From the NCBI GenBank assembly GCA_965217115.1, contig OZ244239.1:320001-384000 (forward strand): a stretch of 64,000 bases of DNA. The letters are read 5' to 3'. Positions 61,157 through 64,000 of the stretch are shown here, piece by piece. Below the pieces are notes generated by a model that was not told where the DNA came from, did not search any database, and saw nothing but the letters and a program-made list of their open reading frames with translations. Position 1 is the first letter of the stretch. Every line of letters begins with the position of its first letter. This DNA is from Bdellovibrionales bacterium. GTDB taxonomy: Bacteria > Bdellovibrionota > Bdellovibrionia > Bdellovibrionales > CAYMLA01. A program made the translations under genes and the position numbers.

Positions 61157-61183
61157 CTATCGGTGGATCAGACTGAGAATTTA
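61157..61183 (-). promoter_or_regulatory. Candidate sigma-28 (FliA) promoter
   Basis: Minus strand TAAA-N15-ACCGATAG, upstream of the Fis-HTH gene. Confidence 0.6.
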
Positions 61184-61301
61184 AGAAAAAAATATTTGAA
61201 TCTTGATCTCAACCCCAGGGGGGGAAGAGACTGTAAACTGTCGAACTTATATACAAAGGTCCGACCGGAGAGGCATGAAGTCGAATATACTGGCTAATAA
61301 A

Positions 61302-61793
61302 TTAGCGGCGACCAGATTTAATTTTAACCTGTATCTTAGCAATAAGATGGACGGCCATTTTTTCTTGAACACGACACATCTTTAACTCATCCTTGCGATA
61401 AGCTCTCTGACTAGGAGTCAAAGTACCCATTTCCAATTCCATTTCATAGTCTAACTTATTAGAACGAATTCCCTCTAGCTCCTTAGACTGTTGCTTAAAT
61501 ACTTTTTTAGCCATGCTTAGAGGTGCCACCTCAATCCATTCTTCCTTCGCCCTATACCAACTCACCATCCGTAAAAAACGGGCCTTGTTCTTAGCCAATG
61601 TGAACTTAGGAAAATCACCTTCTTCTAAGCTCAATATATTATCAATAGCATCTAGCTCAAAAGCATCCTCAACATCAGGGGTCGCCACTTCCGACAATAT
61701 CTCCTCAGTGGTGCCTAGACTAGTGGTACCTAGACTCTGTCCATCTAATTTATCTTCTAACTCTTCTTCATGATTAACAGTGTTGATTTCCAT
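61302..61793 (-). CDS. Hypothetical protein
   Basis: GAGGAG RBS; acidic N-terminus and helical basic C-terminus. Confidence 0.75.
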   Translation of the reverse strand: MEINTVNHEEELEDKLDGQSLGTTSLGTTEEILSEVATPDVEDAFELDAIDNILSLEEGDFPKFTLAKNKARFLRMVSWYRAKEEWIEVAPLSMAKKVFKQQSKELEGIRSNKLDYEMELEMGTLTPSQRAYRKDELKMCRVQEKMAVHLIAKIQVKIKSGRR

Positions 61794-61980
61794 GGTGAGT
61801 CTATCTCCTCTTCTCTAAACTGTTCAACAAATGAGCAAACTATAGCACAAAGGTTATGTCCTTATATAATATTCCATTTTAAAATGCAATGAGTCACTTG
61901 TTTCGTCTTAGAACTACCTACTTTTTACCATTTGGTTTTATATAAAATACAGAGCCCCTATAAAATCAAATGAAGACTAT

Positions 61981-62361
61981 TTATTTTGATAAATTCCAAC
62001 CTAGCCAACAAAAGGCGATACTCAGGGTATTATTGAGTAGGATATTTAGCAATGCTTTTACAACAACACCCTCTTGCAACAGTCTTAAAGTCTCAAAACT
62101 AAAACTGGAAAATGTTGTTAGAGCCCCCAAAAGGCCAATCATTACAGCCCACTTCCACTCTGAGTTCTCAACTGTTGCTCTCTCAGCCAAGGGAAAGAGG
62201 AATCCTATGGAAAAGGCCCCAATAACATTCACCAACAGAGTTGACACTGGGAACCCACCAAAAGCAGGAACCCATCTGCCCATCACGTAGCGGAGAAGAA
62301 CTCCCACACCACCTAAAATAAAAAGCAATACATAAAAGCTTAGACTGCCTCTCAAGCCCAT
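61981..62361 (-). CDS. crcB: Fluoride channel Fluc/CrcB
   Basis: GG.G..LRY, TLLVNVIG.F and GLLGALTTFSSFS.E motifs. Confidence 0.93.
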   Translation of the reverse strand: MGLRGSLSFYVLLFILGGVGVLLRYVMGRWVPAFGGFPVSTLLVNVIGAFSIGFLFPLAERATVENSEWKWAVMIGLLGALTTFSSFSFETLRLLQEGVVVKALLNILLNNTLSIAFCWLGWNLSK

Positions 62362-63603
62362 CTACTTATCGCCAGAGACACTTTGATCAATCACCGCAGC
62401 ACCCACAGAGTCTGACCATACATTGGTTGCCGTACGAGCCATATCGACCACTCGATCCACAGCCCAAATCATTCCCGTCGCCTCCAGAGGCAAGCCAACG
62501 GCCTGCAAGATGATAACCATCATCACCAATCCCGCATGGGGTATTCCCGCCGCTCCAACCGAAACCAGCAGAGCTGTAAATAATACCAGTATCTGTGAAC
62601 CCAATGACAAATCCACATTCATCACCTGGGCAATAAAAAGAACTGCCACGCCCTCGTACAGTGCAGTGCCATCCATGTTCACCGTCGCTCCCAAGGGCAA
62701 GACCATTGAAGAAATCTTACGGGACACCTTTCCCTTCTTCTCCACACATTCCATGGTCAAAGGCAAAGTCGCAGCACTCGATGCCGAAGAAAAGGCCGTC
62801 AAAAGAGCTGGAGACATTTGGCTCATGTAAGAGTAGCTATTCCTGCCAGTGAATATTTTGTAAATAAGTGGCAGAACAATAAAGAAGTGAATCGCCAACG
62901 CCGACATAACTGCAATCATATATTTAGATAAAGGAATAAAAGCTTCAAATCCAGTATTGGCAACCAATTTACTCAACAAACAAAAGACCCCAATAGGTGC
63001 CAAATTAATAACTGCATCAACAAGCTTCATTATTATCTCATACACAGCTTGAAAGAAATTGCTCATCGTCTCCTGAGGTTTCCCTCCGACCTTTAAAGTA
63101 AAGACAGCAAAGATAATTGTAAAAAAGATAATTCCCATCATGTCCATAGAAGCTAAGGCTTGAAATGGATTTGTCGGAACGATGCGCGCCAAAATATCAA
63201 AAATAGAATCTGGAGGAGTCACTTTTTTTACCGCATCCCCCAAGGAGATATTAGCACCAACACCAGGCTGCAATAAATTCACAACCAAAAGACCCACTGA
63301 AATTGAAATCAAGCTCGTAAATAAATAATAAATAGCTGTGCGTCCACCGATTCTTCCCAGGTCTTTTGTCGAGGAGATATTACAGACACCCACAAATAAC
63401 GAACTCACAACCATCGGCACAATACACATTTTCAAAAGTTTAATAAAGACCGTTGCTCCCAGAGAAAGGGCATAGATAATTTGCTCCTTTGCTCCTCCTA
63501 AAAAACCACTCTGGGCTAATCCTCCAACCACAACTCCCAATACAAGGGCTATTAATATTTTCCAATGAAGAGCCAAACCTGATTTACCTAAGCTGTTACC
63601 CAT
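62362..63603 (-). CDS. Dicarboxylate/amino acid:cation symporter (DAACS, GltP-like)
   Basis: AFSSASSAATLP, LPLGATVNMDGTALY, GAAGIP and DMARTATNV..D motifs. Confidence 0.96.
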   Translation of the reverse strand: MGNSLGKSGLALHWKILIALVLGVVVGGLAQSGFLGGAKEQIIYALSLGATVFIKLLKMCIVPMVVSSLFVGVCNISSTKDLGRIGGRTAIYYLFTSLISISVGLLVVNLLQPGVGANISLGDAVKKVTPPDSIFDILARIVPTNPFQALASMDMMGIIFFTIIFAVFTLKVGGKPQETMSNFFQAVYEIIMKLVDAVINLAPIGVFCLLSKLVANTGFEAFIPLSKYMIAVMSALAIHFFIVLPLIYKIFTGRNSYSYMSQMSPALLTAFSSASSAATLPLTMECVEKKGKVSRKISSMVLPLGATVNMDGTALYEGVAVLFIAQVMNVDLSLGSQILVLFTALLVSVGAAGIPHAGLVMMVIILQAVGLPLEATGMIWAVDRVVDMARTATNVWSDSVGAAVIDQSVSGDK

Positions 63604-63703
63604 ATACCCTCACTCCTTTCCGCCCATGCGTTCGTTTAGCATTAAGACTAAATTATAAGAAAGGCTTGGACAAGAAAAAACAAAAAAGAGAGAGCCGAAC
63701 GCT

Positions 63704-64000
63704 TCATTCTCCAGAGCTTGAGGACCATCGGCCAATCTCAATTTCAGGACCTAAAACAGTTCCTCTAAGGGAAAAATTGACGCCATTTCCATTCCCATTA
63801 ACAGCTGCACCTGGCAATCCTCCGTAGGACCCAGAGCCTTTTTGCCCTAAATTCCCACCCGGGTTTCCAGGACTGTAACAACTGGACTGATCATCCCTAT
63901 AACCACAGGTCTCTTCCACCCACTGGGCAGTCCCCCCACCTGAACTATTGGTGCCACTCACCCCAGAAGTGCGACTCGTAAAGTTATTTTGATCACCACA
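63704..64000 (-). CDS. C-terminal end of a glycine-rich protein (5' part outside the window)
   Basis: The frame is open from 64000 to the stop at 63704; it ends ...GSYGGLPGAAVNGNGNGVNFSLRGTVLGPEI... Confidence 0.7.
   Translation of the reverse strand, partial: CGDQNNFTSRTSGVSGTNSSGGGTAQWVEETCGYRDDQSSCYSPGNPGGNLGQKGSGSYGGLPGAAVNGNGNGVNFSLRGTVLGPEIEIGRWSSSSGE

Noticed and set aside
497..63827. Numerous short ORFs antisense to, or out of frame within, well-supported genes
   Set aside because: Shadow ORFs with no motifs or RBS support, overlapping confidently identified CDSs.

Overview
Bacterial chromosomal window, most likely from a Bdellovibrionota (Bdellovibrio-like) genome. This is inferred from gene content and order, not from a database search. 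Most of it is recognisable core: merR-ihfA-pheT-pheS, rsmG/trmH, a five-gene mevalonate cluster, rplT-rpmI-infC-thrS, alternative complex III (actA-F) with system II cytochrome c maturation, a type II secretion cluster (gspC-N), ABC-F, ssb, putA, crcB and a DAACS transporter. Two things stand out. (1) At 6.1-9.1 kb a LysR-controlled three-gene module encodes a type-1 copper protein, a monoheme cytochrome lipoprotein and a Cyc2-like cytochrome-porin fusion, a candidate outer-membrane electron conduit. (2) A family of ~170-bp structured DNA elements occurs as a tandem array at 31.5-32.5 kb, as further copies at 33.5-33.9 kb, and as a diverged member at 50.7 kb. Each has a constant leader, core and tail but exchangeable self-complementary arms showing compensatory changes. 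One unit is interrupted by two AT-rich orphan secreted-protein genes. No transposase, integrase, cas, rRNA or tRNA gene was recognised in the window.
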